Source: Octopus vulgaris
Taxonomy: Eukaryota
NCBI GenBank assembly: GCA_951406725.2
Contig: OX597821.1
Span: 91,388,001-91,452,000, forward strand
Direction: 5' to 3'
Length of the DNA stretch: 64,000 bases
The position numbers and the translations under genes are program-made. The notes beneath the pieces are model-generated. The model was not told where the DNA came from. It ran no database searches and was given only the letters and a program-made list of their open reading frames with translations. Below, one piece after another: positions 42,203-56,469 of the stretch (within the stretch, counting starts at the first letter, position 1; the number at the start of each line of letters is the position of its first letter).

Positions 42203-42802
42203 TAATTTTTTTATACTGAATCTCAGGGTCTGATTCACCCTGTCCACGAAAAAAAGAATTTACATTATAGAGATTTAAACTTTGGTAATTTTTACCCAGT
42301 CAGGAAACAGAATTGGGAAACTGTCATTGTGTGCTTGATCGTAATCATAAGACGGCAAAACAATAATGTCAATATTGCAATGATAGCACATGTTTCGAGC
42401 ATTTAATAAGCAAAAAATGACAAAAAGAACCAAGTAAACAACACATATTCTGTAATTTTAAGCATTCAGTATGCATTTAACGAATAAAAAAGAGTAAGCA
42501 ACATATTTTGTAGAATACAAGCAGGGAAACATAGCATAAAATATCAGTTTGTAAACTCATGTGGTTTTTTGAATGTCTGTGGCTTTTGGTTGGCTAAAAT
42601 TACCCAACATTTTCAAAGTTTAAAAGCTATAAACTACTTATTTATTGTCTTATGGCGAAAATGAATTTCATGTTAATAATAAATATGCAAATCTCTATCA
42701 ATACACCAAATTTGAAGTCAATTGACACAAAATTGAAGAAATTGATAGGGTGTGGCCAAACAGAAAAGATCTGCAGGGAGTTCTTGATAGTCATTAGTTA
42801 TA

Positions 42803-43212
42803 TACTCTTTTACTCTTTTTTTACTCTTTTACTTGTTTCAGTCATTTGACTGTGGCCGTGCTGGAGCGCTGCCTTTAGTTGAGCAAATCGACCCCAGGAC
42901 TTATTCTTTGTAAGTCTAGTATTTATTCTATCGGCCTCTTTTGCCAAACCGCTAAGCTATGGGGATGTAAACACACCAGCATCAGTTGTCAAGCGATGTT
43001 GGGGGGGACAAACACAGACACACACACACATACATACATACATATATACGACGGGCTTCTTCAAGTTTCTGTCTACCAAATCCACTCTCAAGGCTTTGTT
43101 TGGCCCGAGGCTATAGTAGAATACACCTGCCCAACGTGCCACACAGTGGGACTGAACCCAGAACCATGTGGTTGGTAAGCAAGCTACTTACCACACAGCC
43201 ACTCCTGTGCCT
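42803..43212 (-). mobile_element. Full-length CORE-type SINE
   Basis: Family match. Confidence 0.92.
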
Positions 43213-43699
43213 ATATAATGAATGAATTAGTGGGAAAAAGTATGTATGTGAATGAAATAGCTGGCAGGGATGCGAAGCAATACAAACATAATAGCATGTA
43301 TGTGTGAGCTGAAATCCATGTGGTTTAAAATAATGATTTTCAGGATACATAAGGTATCATTCGCGCTCGCAGGTAGTTTTGACAAAATGGATTTTTCAAA
43401 TGGTAAAAAGGATTAATTGAATGTGTACATGTGGAGGTTTATATATGATTATATATATTAATGCAAATGCATATATATATATATATATATATATTTATGC
43501 AAATAATAAGTGTTTGTGGAGTGTGTTTATCACAAAGCCAATTGATTATTAACACATCCAGGAATTGATGCACCAAGAGTCTGTTATCAGAAGCTCTCTG
43601 ATGTCTTAGGAGTCATCAAATAACAGCAGCATTTAAATAGCAGGACAACAGGAATAAGTAATCTATTTATACTTAATCAGAAATTCAGCATTTGCTCTC

Positions 43700-45710
43700 T
43701 TAACTTGATCACTTAAATTCTGATAAGGGAAACTCTCTCGGCTTCTTATTAGAAGAAAACTTTTGATAATATCTTACATTTGTTGATTCTGTAAATACTA
43801 GTCATGTGTAAGATAACACTAATAATTAGTAGTTATGTTAATCATGCCAAACACAAAGACAGGCAAATGAAAAAATTACAAATGCTCTAAGGATTCCATT
43901 TTACCATATTTCTTCTGTGCGGTTTCAAGCAACATATTAAAATAAATTAAACACAAATATAAATATCTTGCATGTGGATAACCTCAAGTTGTTATCTACA
44001 AATGATAAATGAGAAACATTAAGTTAAGACATACAGATTTACTATAGAACCTGATGAGAATTTTGGATAAGAAAAAAATGCTCTTAGGTAAACTGGAAGA
44101 GATTTAATTAAGAATTCTAAGCCATGGTCAATAGAAGAAAAATAAAACAAATATAAAAGAATTACAGATTATGAATTAATGAACAAGACGGAGCGCAAGA
44201 CACACAAATGAAAGAAAGGATTAGAAAGATATATATGATTAATACTAAAAGCAGAGCTAAATGCAATAAGAAAATTAGGTAATACGCCTAAATACTGTAG
44301 CTGTCCCTATAATAAGATATGATTATATTTGCAACTGAACACTAAATGAATTAGCCAAGATAGATAAGAAAATAATAATAATTAAAATAGTGATTGCATT
44401 TAACACATATGACCAAAAATTTGATACAGCAAGTGTATAGTCAATGTTAATAGAGTGAGATATAAGCCCCTTACAAGTAGAAAATTATCATAACATATCT
44501 ACAGTAGATTCACGAACATGTGTAGTAAAGAACAAGTAAAAACTAATACATCATCATCATCATCATCATCATCGTTTAGCATCCGCTTTCAATGCTAGCA
44601 TGGGTTGGACGGTTCAACTGGGGTCTGGAAAGCCAGAAGGCTGCACCAGGCCCAGTCTGATCTGGCGATGTTTCTCCGTGAGTGTAGTGGGTGCTTTTTA
44701 CTTGCCACCGGCACAGGTGCCAGACGAGTCTGGCAAACGGCCATGATCGGATGGTGCTTTTTACGTGCCGCCAGCACGGGGGCCAGGCGAAGCTGGCAAC
44801 AGCTACGAACGGATGATGCTTTTTACGTGCCACCGGCACGGAGGCCAAATTGGGAAAAAAAGAATTCGCTGCTATCAAGGAAGCCAATGCATACAAGTTG
44901 AAGTAAAAGGCAATTACAGAATGCTAGTTTAAACTAATGGCAAATAAAGGCCTATATGGCCAAAATATGAAGGATAAAAAGAAGATCAGAATTTTAAAAA
45001 ATACAGAAAAATCTTAACATTGTCAAGTAAGTATAGGACTCAGAACTAAACTGGAAAGATTCATGATTGTAGCACATTTATAAAAGTCTGACATTCATAA
45101 CTTTTAAAAGTATGCAATAAATCAGAGGAGAGCATCTGCAAAATATGAGGAGATGGAGAAGAAACAATTAAACACATTGTCATTAGCTGTCCAGCTTTAA
45201 GGAAGGTATAATCGATCTATAGAGATAACAAGGTTGGGGTTTCATATATTGGACACATATTTCTTTTACTAGTGTCATGAAATTTTCTTTTACTAGCATA
45301 TTGACAGAAAATTTATAGCAAACACTCACCAGAAAAGACCCCATAAGTTTACAAAGCAAACATGGTTTGGGGTATACAATACCTACAAACAGGGGTGTCA
45401 AGCTTAATCAAGCAGATATTACTGTCAATGAGAATTAGTGTTTCCTAATCAAAATGTCAGTCATGACAGGATATCTTTAAAAATAAAATAAAAATTATTC
45501 AGATATAAAGATCTGGAAATAGAGACAATCAGAGTGTTAATACTGGAAACAAAAATAATTTCTACTGTAGAAGATGTCCTTAGAATAATTTTAAAATGCA
45601 AATAAACACACTATCAAAATCCCAGGACCTACAACTATATATTACATATAACAAATAGAAAATAGCATTTCTAGACACTGCAAACTTATTAGATCACCTT
45701 CAATAGAACA
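43700..45710 (+). pseudogene. Decayed RLE-type (R4/Dong/NeSL-like) non-LTR retrotransposon
   Basis: Ordered remnants: QMKERIRK, LILKAELN, NTVAVPII, ELAKIDKK; zinc knuckle CKI*GDGEETIKHIVISCPAL; NQADITV and CFLI; LFRYKDLEIE; KIPG...KIAFLDTANLLD. Confidence 0.75.
44549..44848 (-). mobile_element. RTE 3' module nested in the RLE LINE
   Basis: (CAT)n-cgtttagcatccgctttc...; internal deletion of the gctggatgcccttcc segment. Confidence 0.88.
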
Positions 45711-45829
45711 GAAAACAAAACAAAAAATTTTTTAATAAGACACTGAGCATAAACAACATGTACAAAATTGTACTCACTCATACAGTGAATGCATGCCCTA
45801 GAAATAAAACTTCTGTAAAGTGAATTATC

Positions 45830-46275
45830 TTTTCTACTATAAGCTCAAGGACTGAAATTTCAAAGAAAGTAGGGTTGGTAAATTAACATCAACGCCAGTG
45901 CTTAACTGATACTGTTCTATCAACCTCTAAGCAATAAAAATCCAAGTTGACATCAGTGGAATTTGAACTCAAAACATAAAGCAACTAAAATGCTGCTAAG
46001 CATTGTTGTCCGGTATGCTAATGATGCTGCCAGCTTGCCACCAAGAAAATAATAATAATACTAATAATAAATACTCTAATATTGATTTCAAATTTTGGCA
46101 GAGGGGTACGTTGATAACATCAACCTACTGCTCAAATGGTACTCTTTTTATCTACCAGAAAGGATGGAAGGCTAAGTCAGCCTCTGAGGAATTCGAACTC
46201 AGGACATAAAACTGGAAAAAATACTGCTAAGCATTTTACCAGGAAATGCTAATGATTCTGTCAGGTTGCCACCTT
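45830..46275 (-). mobile_element. Two tandem diverged Nin/Deu-type SINEs
   Basis: ggaatttgaactcaaaac...gctaagcatt...gccagcttgccacc (to about 46043) and again to about 46275. Confidence 0.7.
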
Positions 46276-46825
46276 AATAAATATGCTAATATTAATGATG
46301 ATTTCTAACATAACTCATGGAAAATATTTTTCTGTTTTTAAGAATTTCACAAAGGAATAAATAAAAAATAAAAGGGTGTAAATGTAGGAAGAGAAACTTT
46401 AAAGCAAAGAAACCTATCAATTAAATGGTAATAATTTGAGTGTTAGGTTTGTCTGTAAAACTGTATTTCACAAATTTTTTCCTTTATGCTCTTTAGCAAA
46501 TATAAGGGATTATAAGCTACATCGAAAAATAATTTTTTACTTTTTTTATTTCCTTGAGATTTTCGGTAGACAGTATCATTATAAAATGGTTAATAATTTT
46601 CTAAACCTGTTATTGCAAGATTCTGTTCAAGACATTTGCTTCTTTTGAGTAAGGAACTGGCATAGAATTAATCATGAATCAATACATATGTATAGCCAGA
46701 AGTCTAAGTATGTATGACTGTGTGTGTGTGTGTGTGAGTGGACATGTGTATGTGTGCATGAGTGTTTTCTAGCACGCATACATATATATATCTACATACA
46801 TGTGTATGTCTATATATATGTACAC

Positions 46826-46870
<45 letters not shown>

Positions 46871-46883
46871 CATACATAGATAC

Positions 46884-46926
<43 letters not shown>

Positions 46927-47589
46927 AATGTATTCACACATGCTGTGATATATATATAAGGGCATGCTGGTTTGCAAATAATATATATGTAGACATGTGT
47001 ATACATCTATATTTATAGTTGAAAATAAGTACTTACATAAATTCCTTTGAATTAGCCATGAGTATCTATACATTTATCTATCTATTTACCTATCTTTCTT
47101 TATACACAAACACACACACACACACACACGCACACACACACACATGCATCTCTAATTGCATAGAACTTTTTGCATATGAAGACATATATATTCAGACAGA
47201 TGTGTGTCTATGTGGACATACACATATGTATTTATTTATACAGGCACCTGCATGTGTGCATGTGTGTGTGCATGTGTGTGTGTGTGCGTGTGTATTTCCT
47301 TTTCATAAATTCATATACAGATATACATGCCTTCATAAATAGACACATCATACACACACATACACACACACACACATGCACAAACACACACAAACACAAA
47401 CACACAACAATATCCTTACACTTAATTTGCTCGTTCTCACCTCATTAAACACTGTCTCATGAATCAGCATTGTAATAGTTTTCTAATTTGCACAGCAATA
47501 TAAGTCGACATAAAACACAAGGAGATTTCCACTATGACTCCAATGTTTGACTCACAGGAAAAAAAAAACTGCGCAGACACAGAAAGCAA

Positions 47590-47883
47590 TAACAACAACA
47601 ACAACAAAAACAATGTTATTAATAATGATGATGATGATGATGATGACGATGATGACCATGATCATGATAATAGTAATAATAATAACAATAGCAATAATAA
47701 TAACAGCAACCATAATAATAATGAAAATGATAATAATAAAAAATAATTTAAAAAAAACATTAAAAGAACAGTAAGAGCAGTAAAAGTATTAATAGTGTTA
47801 ACAAGAACAACAACAACGATAATAATAATAACAATAACAATAACAATAATAATGAGGGTGATGACGATGATGATGATAGTGAC

Positions 47884-47930
<47 letters not shown>

Positions 47931-47994
47931 TAATGATAATAATAATGATAATAATAATAATAACAATAACAATAATAATAATAATAACAGTAGC

Positions 47995-48056
<62 letters not shown>

Positions 48057-48099
48057 TAATAATAATGATAATAATAATAATAATAATAATAATAGTAGC

Positions 48100-48145
<46 letters not shown>

Positions 48146-48251
48146 GTAGCAATAATAATAATAATAATAATAACAGTAGCAATAATAATAATAATAATAA
48201 TCATCATCATCATCATTTAACGTCCGCTTTCCATGCTAGCATGGGTTGGAC

Positions 48252-48284
<33 letters not shown>

Positions 48285-48320
48285 CAACAACAACAACAAC
48301 AGCAACAATGGTGATGATTT

Positions 48321-48361
<41 letters not shown>

Positions 48362-48370
48362 CATAATTAG
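47590..48370. repeat. Long degenerate (AAT)n array with a 50-bp RTE tail at 48200-48251
   Basis: Directly visible; catcatttaacgtccgctttccatgctagcatgggttggac is embedded. Confidence 0.95.
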
Positions 48371-48696
48371 GATAATAATAATAAAAATAAAACCTTTATT
48401 AGAAGAAATTTCAGATGGAAGAAGAATAAGAAGAATGCGGAATGAAAAAAAAAAATAAAGGAAAAAATATAATGAAAGAAAAATAAAATATGCATCCCAA
48501 AAAAAAGTGAGAATTGTAAAACAAAAAAACATAATTCTTATTGCAAAAGGAGTTGCAGAAACACAAACTGAGAAGTAGACAAATATGTGGGGGAAAAACA
48601 GTTTCTGTGAATAACCATTTTCCTACTGAAGACAATGGTACAAAACGAAAAAGACTGAGCTACAAAGTGATAAAGTAATAGCAGCCTGTGTTAGTA

Positions 48697-48773
<77 letters not shown>

Positions 48774-49318
48774 ATATATATACATATGCACTTTTATGTA
48801 TATGTATGTGTGTGTATACATATATATTAATATGTATAAATGTATACACGTGTTTATGCATGCACTCATATACACCCTTTAAAGGGAAGCAGTGTTATGC
48901 AATATAATTCAATTAGGCATTATCTATCTATCTATCTATCTATCCATCATTTTATCTCTGTGTGTGTGCATGTGTGTTTGATTGTGTGTGTGTATACATA
49001 TATGTATGTATATATATATATATGTATGCACATATATATATATATGTGTGAATATAGAAAGACATCTATTTTTAAGTGTATACATATATATACATATATA
49101 TATATATACACGCACACATACACACACAGATATAAACATTTATATTCATGTATGTGTGTGTGTGTGTGTGTGTATTTATCTATCAATCTATATTTATAAA
49201 TGTATATCTAGCTATCAATACATTCATGTGTGTATCCATATACGTCTACACACACACATATACGCGCATGCACATGCACACACACACACACATGCGCACA
49301 CACACACACACGCACGCA

Positions 49319-49361
<43 letters not shown>

Positions 49362-49819
49362 AGAAACACACACACAATTTTTTTGGCAAAACAATCAGCT
49401 GATGTTTTTCTGAAAGTGATAACAACCCGTCACCCTGTTCTTCCACCGTTTATTCTATTATGACAGAAATTAGCTCACTGAGGCAAATATTTTGGCAAGG
49501 TTTAACAAGAACTCTACGCAAACACATTTATATACACAAAGACAGCACTGCTAGAGAAAGGTCCAGAATATTTCAAATTGTTTTCTGAAATGAAATCGTT
49601 TACTGCTACCCCATAGCACCATCATTTAGGTTATATAAAAACTTTTGTTTTAGTTATTATTTAATCTCCTATCTGTGTTTTGTTAAAGATGTTTTTATCT
49701 TTCTATCTTCTATTTCTTGTTAGTTTTTTTTTCTTTCTATTTTTTTCTGCTTTTTGAGGTGTCTCGAAGACATAAAATTTTTCTTCATACTAAAACTTCA
49801 TTACTGTTTAGTGTCTGGT

Positions 49820-50275
49820 ATCATCATCATCATCATCATTTAGCGTCCGCTTTCCATGCTAGCATGGGTTGGACGGTTCAACTGGGGTCTGTGAAGCCAG
49901 AAGGTTGCATCAGGCCCAGTCTGATCTGGCAGTGTTTCTACGGCTGGATGCCTTTCCTAACGCCAACCACTCCGTGAGTGTAGTGGGTGCTTTTTATGTG
50001 CCACCGACACAGGTGCCAAACGAGGCTGGCAAACGGCCACGCTCGGATGGAGTTTTTTATGTGCCACTGACACAGATGCCAGATGAGGCTGGCGAACGGC
50101 CACGCTCGGATGGTGTTTTTTATGTGCCACTGACACAGGTGCCAGACGAGGCTGGCGAATGGCCACGCTCGGATGGTGTTTTTTTTTATGTGCCACAGAC
50201 ACAAGTGCCAGGCAAGGCTGGCACGGCCATGATCAGATGGTGTTTGTTACGTGCCACCAGCACGAAGGCTGGTGT
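49820..50275 (-). mobile_element. RTE 3' module with 63-bp tandem repeats
   Basis: Unit tttttatgtgccac.gacacag.tgcca.a.gaggctggc.aa.ggccacgctcggatgg, 3-4 copies. Confidence 0.9.
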
Positions 50276-50535
50276 ATCATATATTATTGTTTTTGTTATT
50301 GCTATTGTTGTTGCTGTTTTGTCGATGTTACCATTATTGTATGAAAGTTGGTTTCATCACAAACTGAACCTGGATAAAACTAAAAGTTACGTGATGGACG
50401 GTTTTTAGCATTGTCTTTCTCTCTATCCAGGTTCATTTTGTGGTGAAACCAACTTTGTCATTCATTAATCTAAGATTAGTAAAATCTGTACAACTATAAA
50501 AAATTTGTTGATTGTTGCCTAATTGCTATTCTGTC

Positions 50536-50566
<31 letters not shown>

Positions 50567-50869
50567 CTCCATACAAAATTTAGTTCTGCTTCCTCTCAAA
50601 ATATACTTTTATTTTTATTTATTTATATTATAGTTCAGATTTTGCATTGTGGACAAGTTAGAAACCCATCATGAATATTTTGTAAAGAATTCTATTTATA
50701 TAGTACATATTTTTGTCTTCTACCTAACAGGTAGATGACAAAGATCATCTATTTCCTGTATGCTTAAATAATATACTGAAGTGCAGTTCAATGCCTTATT
50801 TTGCACAACAATACACAAACACACATACAGACTCACACATATGCATGCACACGCACACACACACATATG

Positions 50870-51120
<251 letters not shown>

Positions 51121-51625
51121 AAGGATTGGACAAAATAATGGAAACACCTAGCATCTTAGCATCATAATTTTAAAATTCATTAAAACGACAGATCTATCCG
51201 ACTTTCAAAGTGGTCAAATTGTTGGTGCTCGTATGGTAGGTACTAGTGTAACAAAGACAGCTGAAATGTTTAGTGTATCCAGAAGTACCATGTCGAAAGT
51301 AATGACAGCCTTTCAGAAAGAAGGAAAAACCTACTTGTCAAAACAAAACTTCAGAAGGAAGCCAAAGCTTTCACATAGGGACCATTGGACTCTTACACGA
51401 ATTGTTAGAAAGGATCACAAAAGTACAGCTCCCAAAATTACTGCAGAGATTAATGATCACCTAGAGAATCCAGTTTCCACAAAAACTGTTCACCGGGAGC
51501 TGCACAAAGCCAGATTTCATGGGAGGGCTGCAATCAGAAAACCACTACTTTCAAAAACAAACATTGCAAAGCGTTTAGAGTGGAGTAAAAACCTACAGAA
51601 TTAGTCCCTTGGGCAGTGGAAGAAT
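51121..51625 (+). mobile_element. Tc1-family transposon, left end plus transposase N-terminus (ORF 51233-51604)
   Basis: TIR-like ggattggacaaaataatggaaacacc after TA; paired-like HTH, RKPKLS, VSTKTVHRELH, RKPLLS...RLEW. Confidence 0.9.
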
Positions 51626-51629
51626 TAGC

Positions 51630-52250
51630 ACATGTACTCTTCCACTTCTTGTGGAAAGAATGTATTCCGATGCTCAGGTAGTTTATCAGTTGTCAACACC
51701 CACTACATGGTAGGCAAGGTACGTCGTGGCTGATGATGTTTAAACATGTGCTGAGGCAATGACATCTCCAGCACTTCCTTGATGGTGAATGGATGTGGTC
51801 ATTGTTTGCCAGACTCATGTTTCCCCAACTGGTCTCTTTGATGGAGCTGCAGCCCTGGGACAGGCAAAGACTGAAAGTGTTTGGGAAGTGGAATAGCTTC
51901 AAGTGCTCACAACCCCCAGCCAGTTGAGTACTGCAATCATGGGAAAGTCTACTTTAGTGTGTTATAGAGAATTAGTGGTGGGAAAGAGTAACAATGATCT
52001 TAGGAAAATCCAAGGTGTCAAAGACGATTCACCAGTGTCTCACTTCCAGAAAATTTTATGCCCAGGTTCAATGGATAAATTGTAGAAATCCTTGGTCTAG
52101 TCTGGTTTGGTAGAGTTACCAAGGAGCATTATCTGTTTGAAATGAATTCTATAGGCATGGAAGTGCCATCAGTCGAGCATGTCCGAGATGCATGCCGGGT
52201 GATGAAACCACCCTGCATGTACTCTCCCAGTTCCTGTGCATTGCTGATCT
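51630..52250 (+). pseudogene. Probable L1/Tx1-type LINE ORF2 fragment
   Basis: LFHFLWKE...CQHPLHGRQGT resembles the post-RT FxW...PxxxGGLGxP region; disrupted. Confidence 0.45.
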
Positions 52251-52607
52251 TTGAGTTTATGCCAAAAACCTGCTGTCACATGTGAAAGGAAGAGATAAAA
52301 GTGATTTCAATTTAATATCTTCCTCTCTTGCTATAAAATCCCCATAAAATAAATGACCATAAATAAGTTTCAGTAAAAATATGACTTTACTGAACTCCTT
52401 CCTTTTGGCATTTTTCATTTCTTTCAGATGGACACCATTTTTTAAGAGATGTTTAATACCTAACACTGGCCAGTCTGCTTTTGCTACTATTCTCAGTTCA
52501 TAGCATGGTTAGTAGTTTCCCTTTGTATAAAACTCTATCAGGCTTGATTGTCATCCACTTATGAGATGCATGAATTTCACAATGCTCCACCAATGCAATA
52601 AGACATA

Positions 52608-53030
52608 TACTCTTTACTCTTTACTCTTTTACTTGTTTCAGTCATTTGACTGCGGCCATGCTGGAGCACTGCCTTTAATCGAGCAACTTGATCCCGGGAC
52701 TTATTCTTTGTAAGCCCAGTACTTATTCTATCGGTCTCTTTTGCCGAACTGCTAAGTGACGGGGACATAAGCACACCAGCGTCGGTTGTCAAGCAATGCT
52801 AAGGGGGACAAACACAGACACACAAACACACACACATACATGTATATATATGTATATACATATATACGATGGGCTTCTTTCAGTTTCCGTCTAACAAATC
52901 CACTCACAAGGCTTTGGTCGGCCCGAGGCTATAGTAGAAGACACTTGCCCAAGGTGCCACACAGTGGGACTGAACCCGGAACCATGTGGTTGGTAAACAA
53001 GCCACTTACCACACAGCCACTCCTGCACCT
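52608..53030 (-). mobile_element. Full-length, young CORE-type SINE
   Basis: Family match with CpGs retained. Confidence 0.93.
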
Positions 53031-53889
53031 ATATATAATTATGGGAAGATCATATTCAGTTTAACACTCCTTTTGCTACACATAGATCAGGGCTGACTGT
53101 GGTTACATCAGCAGCAATGAGATCACAAGTAATCCTTTTATGCGATCACATGACTTACTAGAAATGGCTATCAAATCACCTTTAAATTACACCCAGTTCT
53201 CTTGGGAAAAGAAAGGACATATTGGATATGGTCTGTGGTTGTAGATACTCTTGAAAAAGGACTGGTTGATAATGGATAGGATGCTTTTGATCATTGGCTT
53301 TCTCAGAGCTAAACAACATCAAAAACAACAACAACAATAATGGTAACAATTAAGTAAAAATTTGCAAAAAATTTAATTAATTATAATATAATCATTTCTA
53401 GTTAGCTACATTAACTATGTTAACCTAAACTTAATTAACTTTATTACAAGTAGGATTGAGTCTTTTGCAACTGATGTAGCCATTGCAACCTCAACAACTT
53501 CTAAAACTATCGAATCAGTCAACAATAAACAACAGTAACAACAACAGTAGCAACAACAACAGCAATAAAACATGCCAAGTTTCTAAAAACCTTAGCAGTT
53601 ATATAGGTGTCAGCAATGTGCATACACAGGTTTATGCAAATTAATCTGATGTGCATGCCAGAGCATGAGGATATCAAATATTGTCACCTCAAAGTGTTAC
53701 AGTAGAGAGATGTGCACTGATGCAAGTTCACCTGTATGAATAAACACATGCAACAAGGCTGCCTGTATTTGCATGTATGCGTACATCCGTGTTATGCATG
53801 TGTGTGCAAATATGTGTGTTGTGCATGTATTAAAGATGTTCTTTATTCTTTAATGTGAAAATGGGGGTATATGAGCATACGAGTGTATA

Positions 53890-53947
<58 letters not shown>

Positions 53948-54221
53948 CATATATACACATATATATATATATATACACATATATATATACATATATATAT
54001 ATATGTTTTCGGCATATTTGGTTACCTTCATCACTATGTATGCTTATGCGACTGCTCTTATAAGTATGTGTGAATATGTATTGATGGATAGGCATGTGTG
54101 TGTGTGTGTGCATGTCATCAGCATATCTTTCAACTTAATGACTTATAAAGAAGGAAATGATTTCTAACAATGAAACGAAGCCTCATTACTATGTATGTAT
54201 GTATGTATGTATGTATGTTTC

Positions 54222-54770
54222 TGAGATGGTAAGCTACTGGAAGCATTGGAATCAGCTAGAGCATTCCCACCAGCAGTGTCTGTGTCATATCTTGGGCTTG
54301 CATTGGAAAATGTACATGAGTGATGTCCATGGGATCCTTGATAGAAGTCACTGTTGAAGTATTGAGTCAATCATTTGGCAGCCCTGATCCCAGTGAGTGG
54401 ATCACTTAGAAAAAAATGGAAGAACTACAGGATTCCAAAACAACTCTTGTATGGTGAACTGAGAAATGGAAAAAATCCATCTCATAAACCTAAGCATTTA
54501 AATGTCCTTGAAGGAAGCTGGCATCTTCGAAAATGGACAGGGAAGAATTAGTAAATGACCAGACAAGATGGAGGAAAGTAATTTATGGCAGAAGTGAGAA
54601 TTTCAAAATAGCTTGAATAAATTACAAAAAAAGTTGAGGGGGGATGCTAGATAGATTGTGGTCATTATGCTTTCAGGAATGTGGATGACCCAAGTGAGCT
54701 GTCATGTAGTGAACGTGGAAGAGTCTGCTTCAGCGAAGCAAAAGTGAAAAGTCACAAAAGAGACCATGTA
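54222..54770 (+). pseudogene. Second RTE (BovB-like) LINE C-terminal remnant
   Basis: QLEHSHQQCLCHILGLHW, RIPKQLLYGELRNGK, terminal C2H2-like SCSERGRVCFSEAKVKSHKRDH. Confidence 0.8.
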
Positions 54771-54819
54771 CAGAGAGGTAAGTAGGCTTCACTACTGGGC
54801 TTAATAAGTCAAACAATAA

Positions 54820-55105
54820 CTCAGGCCTCTTGCCACAAGACGGTGCACTTTCATGTCAGCCTTTTCTGCCATTACTCCGATGATCACTGCCTCTCTAAGA
54901 CAGTTGGTCATGCATTATATTCTCCACTCAGATACTCCCAACTTGTTTCTCTCTTTCTCTCACATTATCCATCTTTCATCCAACCGACCAGGCTCCACAC
55001 AGGCCATTCTTTTTCCAAGAATATTGATGCTCTCAAACTTCCTACCAGCTCAGTCTTGCCTGCAGATGCTGACTTGCAACAGTTTAAGTGCAAAATATTA
55101 ATGGC
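54820..55105 (+). pseudogene. CR1/Jockey-group LINE ORF2 C-terminal remnant
   Basis: HSFS/FPR...LP..VLPADADLQQFKCKI resembles the SFFPRT..LWN.LP...LQ.FK terminus. Confidence 0.6.
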
Positions 55106-55429
55106 ATTAATCCCACCAGTCTCAAAGGTCCTACACAGGCCATGGGCGTTGCTTCTTCCTCAAAAACCAGCAACTAAGAGAAACAAAAAACGCACCAAAT
55201 ATTTATCTCCATTGGCTCAAGAAAAAAAAAAATCATCGTTTATGATTATGTAAGAAGAAATAAAGAAGAAATACTTCAGTAGAGTTCTGATTCAACATGG
55301 CCTTTAGCCAAGGTGGCTAATACAAACTTACTTATCAGTTAATAAGATGGCTCCAACATTAGTTTCTAAACCTGCTGTGGTAGTGGCGGTGGCGATGCTG
55401 AGGGTGGCAGCATTTGGATTTGTTGTTGA

Positions 55430-55710
55430 AGTTGTTGTTATTGTTCTTTCTCCTTATCCTCCTCCTCCTCCTCATTCCCCTCTTTCCCCATCGCTTCTTT
55501 CTCCTTCTCCTTTTCCTCCAATGCCTTCTCATTCTCCTCCTCTTTTTCCTCCAACTCCATCTCATTCTCCTCCTTCTTGTCTGCTTTCTCCACTTTCTCC
55601 TCCTTCTTTTCATTCTCCTTCCCCACTTCCTCTCCTCCTTCTCCTTCTCCACTTTCTCTCCTTCACCTCTTCCTCTCCACTCGTCCTCCTCCTCCCTCCT
55701 TCTTCTCCTT
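55430..55710. repeat. Polypyrimidine (CCT/CTT) low-complexity tract
   Basis: Directly visible. Confidence 0.9.
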
Positions 55711-55944
55711 TAGTTATTCTTACACTCTCACTGCTTTTGTTCCTAGTTGACGTTTTGCCACTTGCATCATTTGCAATTATTACTGCATCTGTAACTTTTG
55801 TTGCAATCATTGATATTCTTGTTAAAATTTTTATTGCAAATGTTGTTACAGCTGCCACACTGACATTGTTTTATATTTTAGCACCAAGCTGAACACTGCC
55901 ACTTCCATTCCCACCACACCATCCACATACCACCTTAAGGTACC

Positions 55945-56168
55945 TATTTCTATTTCTTTACTACCCACAAGGGGCTAAACACAGAGAGGACAAACAAGGA
56001 CAAACAAATGGATTAAGTCGATTACACCGACCCCCAGTGTGTAACTGTACTTATTTAATTGACCCTGAAAGGATGAAAGGCAAAGTCGACCTCGGCGGAA
56101 TTTGAACTCAGACGAAATACCGCTAAGTATTTCACCCGGCGTGCTAACGTTTCTACCAGCTCGCCGCC
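55945..56168 (-). mobile_element. Young Nin/Deu-type tRNA SINE with TSD
   Basis: Head ggcggcgagctggtagaaacgttagc, B-box gagttcaaattcc, gtcgactttgcctttcatcctttc; TSD ttaaggtacc at 55935-55944 and 56170-56179. Confidence 0.92.
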
Positions 56169-56237
56169 TTTAAGGTACCATCAGATACCACCAGCACCAC
56201 TTCATCATAATCAGCAATTCTTCCATACCATTATAAC

Positions 56238-56469
56238 CTATTTCTTTACTACCCACAAGGGGCTAAACACAGAAAGGACAAACAAGGACAGGCAAATGGA
56301 TTAAGTCGATTATATCGACCCCAGTGCGTAACTGGTACTTATTTAATCGACCCCAAAAGGATAAAAGGTAAAGTTGACCTCGGCGGAATTTGAACTCAGA
56401 ACGTAGCGGCAGACGAAATACCACTAAACATTTCATCCGGCATGCTAACGTTTCTACCAGCTCGCCGCC
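56238..56469 (-). mobile_element. Second Nin/Deu-type SINE, part of a tandem duplication
   Basis: Near-identical to the previous copy and followed by the same flank. Confidence 0.92.

Noticed and set aside
55347-55892. 181-aa Pro/Leu-rich ORF and antisense Glu/Lys-rich ORFs
   Set aside because: Polypyrimidine low-complexity tract; no domain or splice support.
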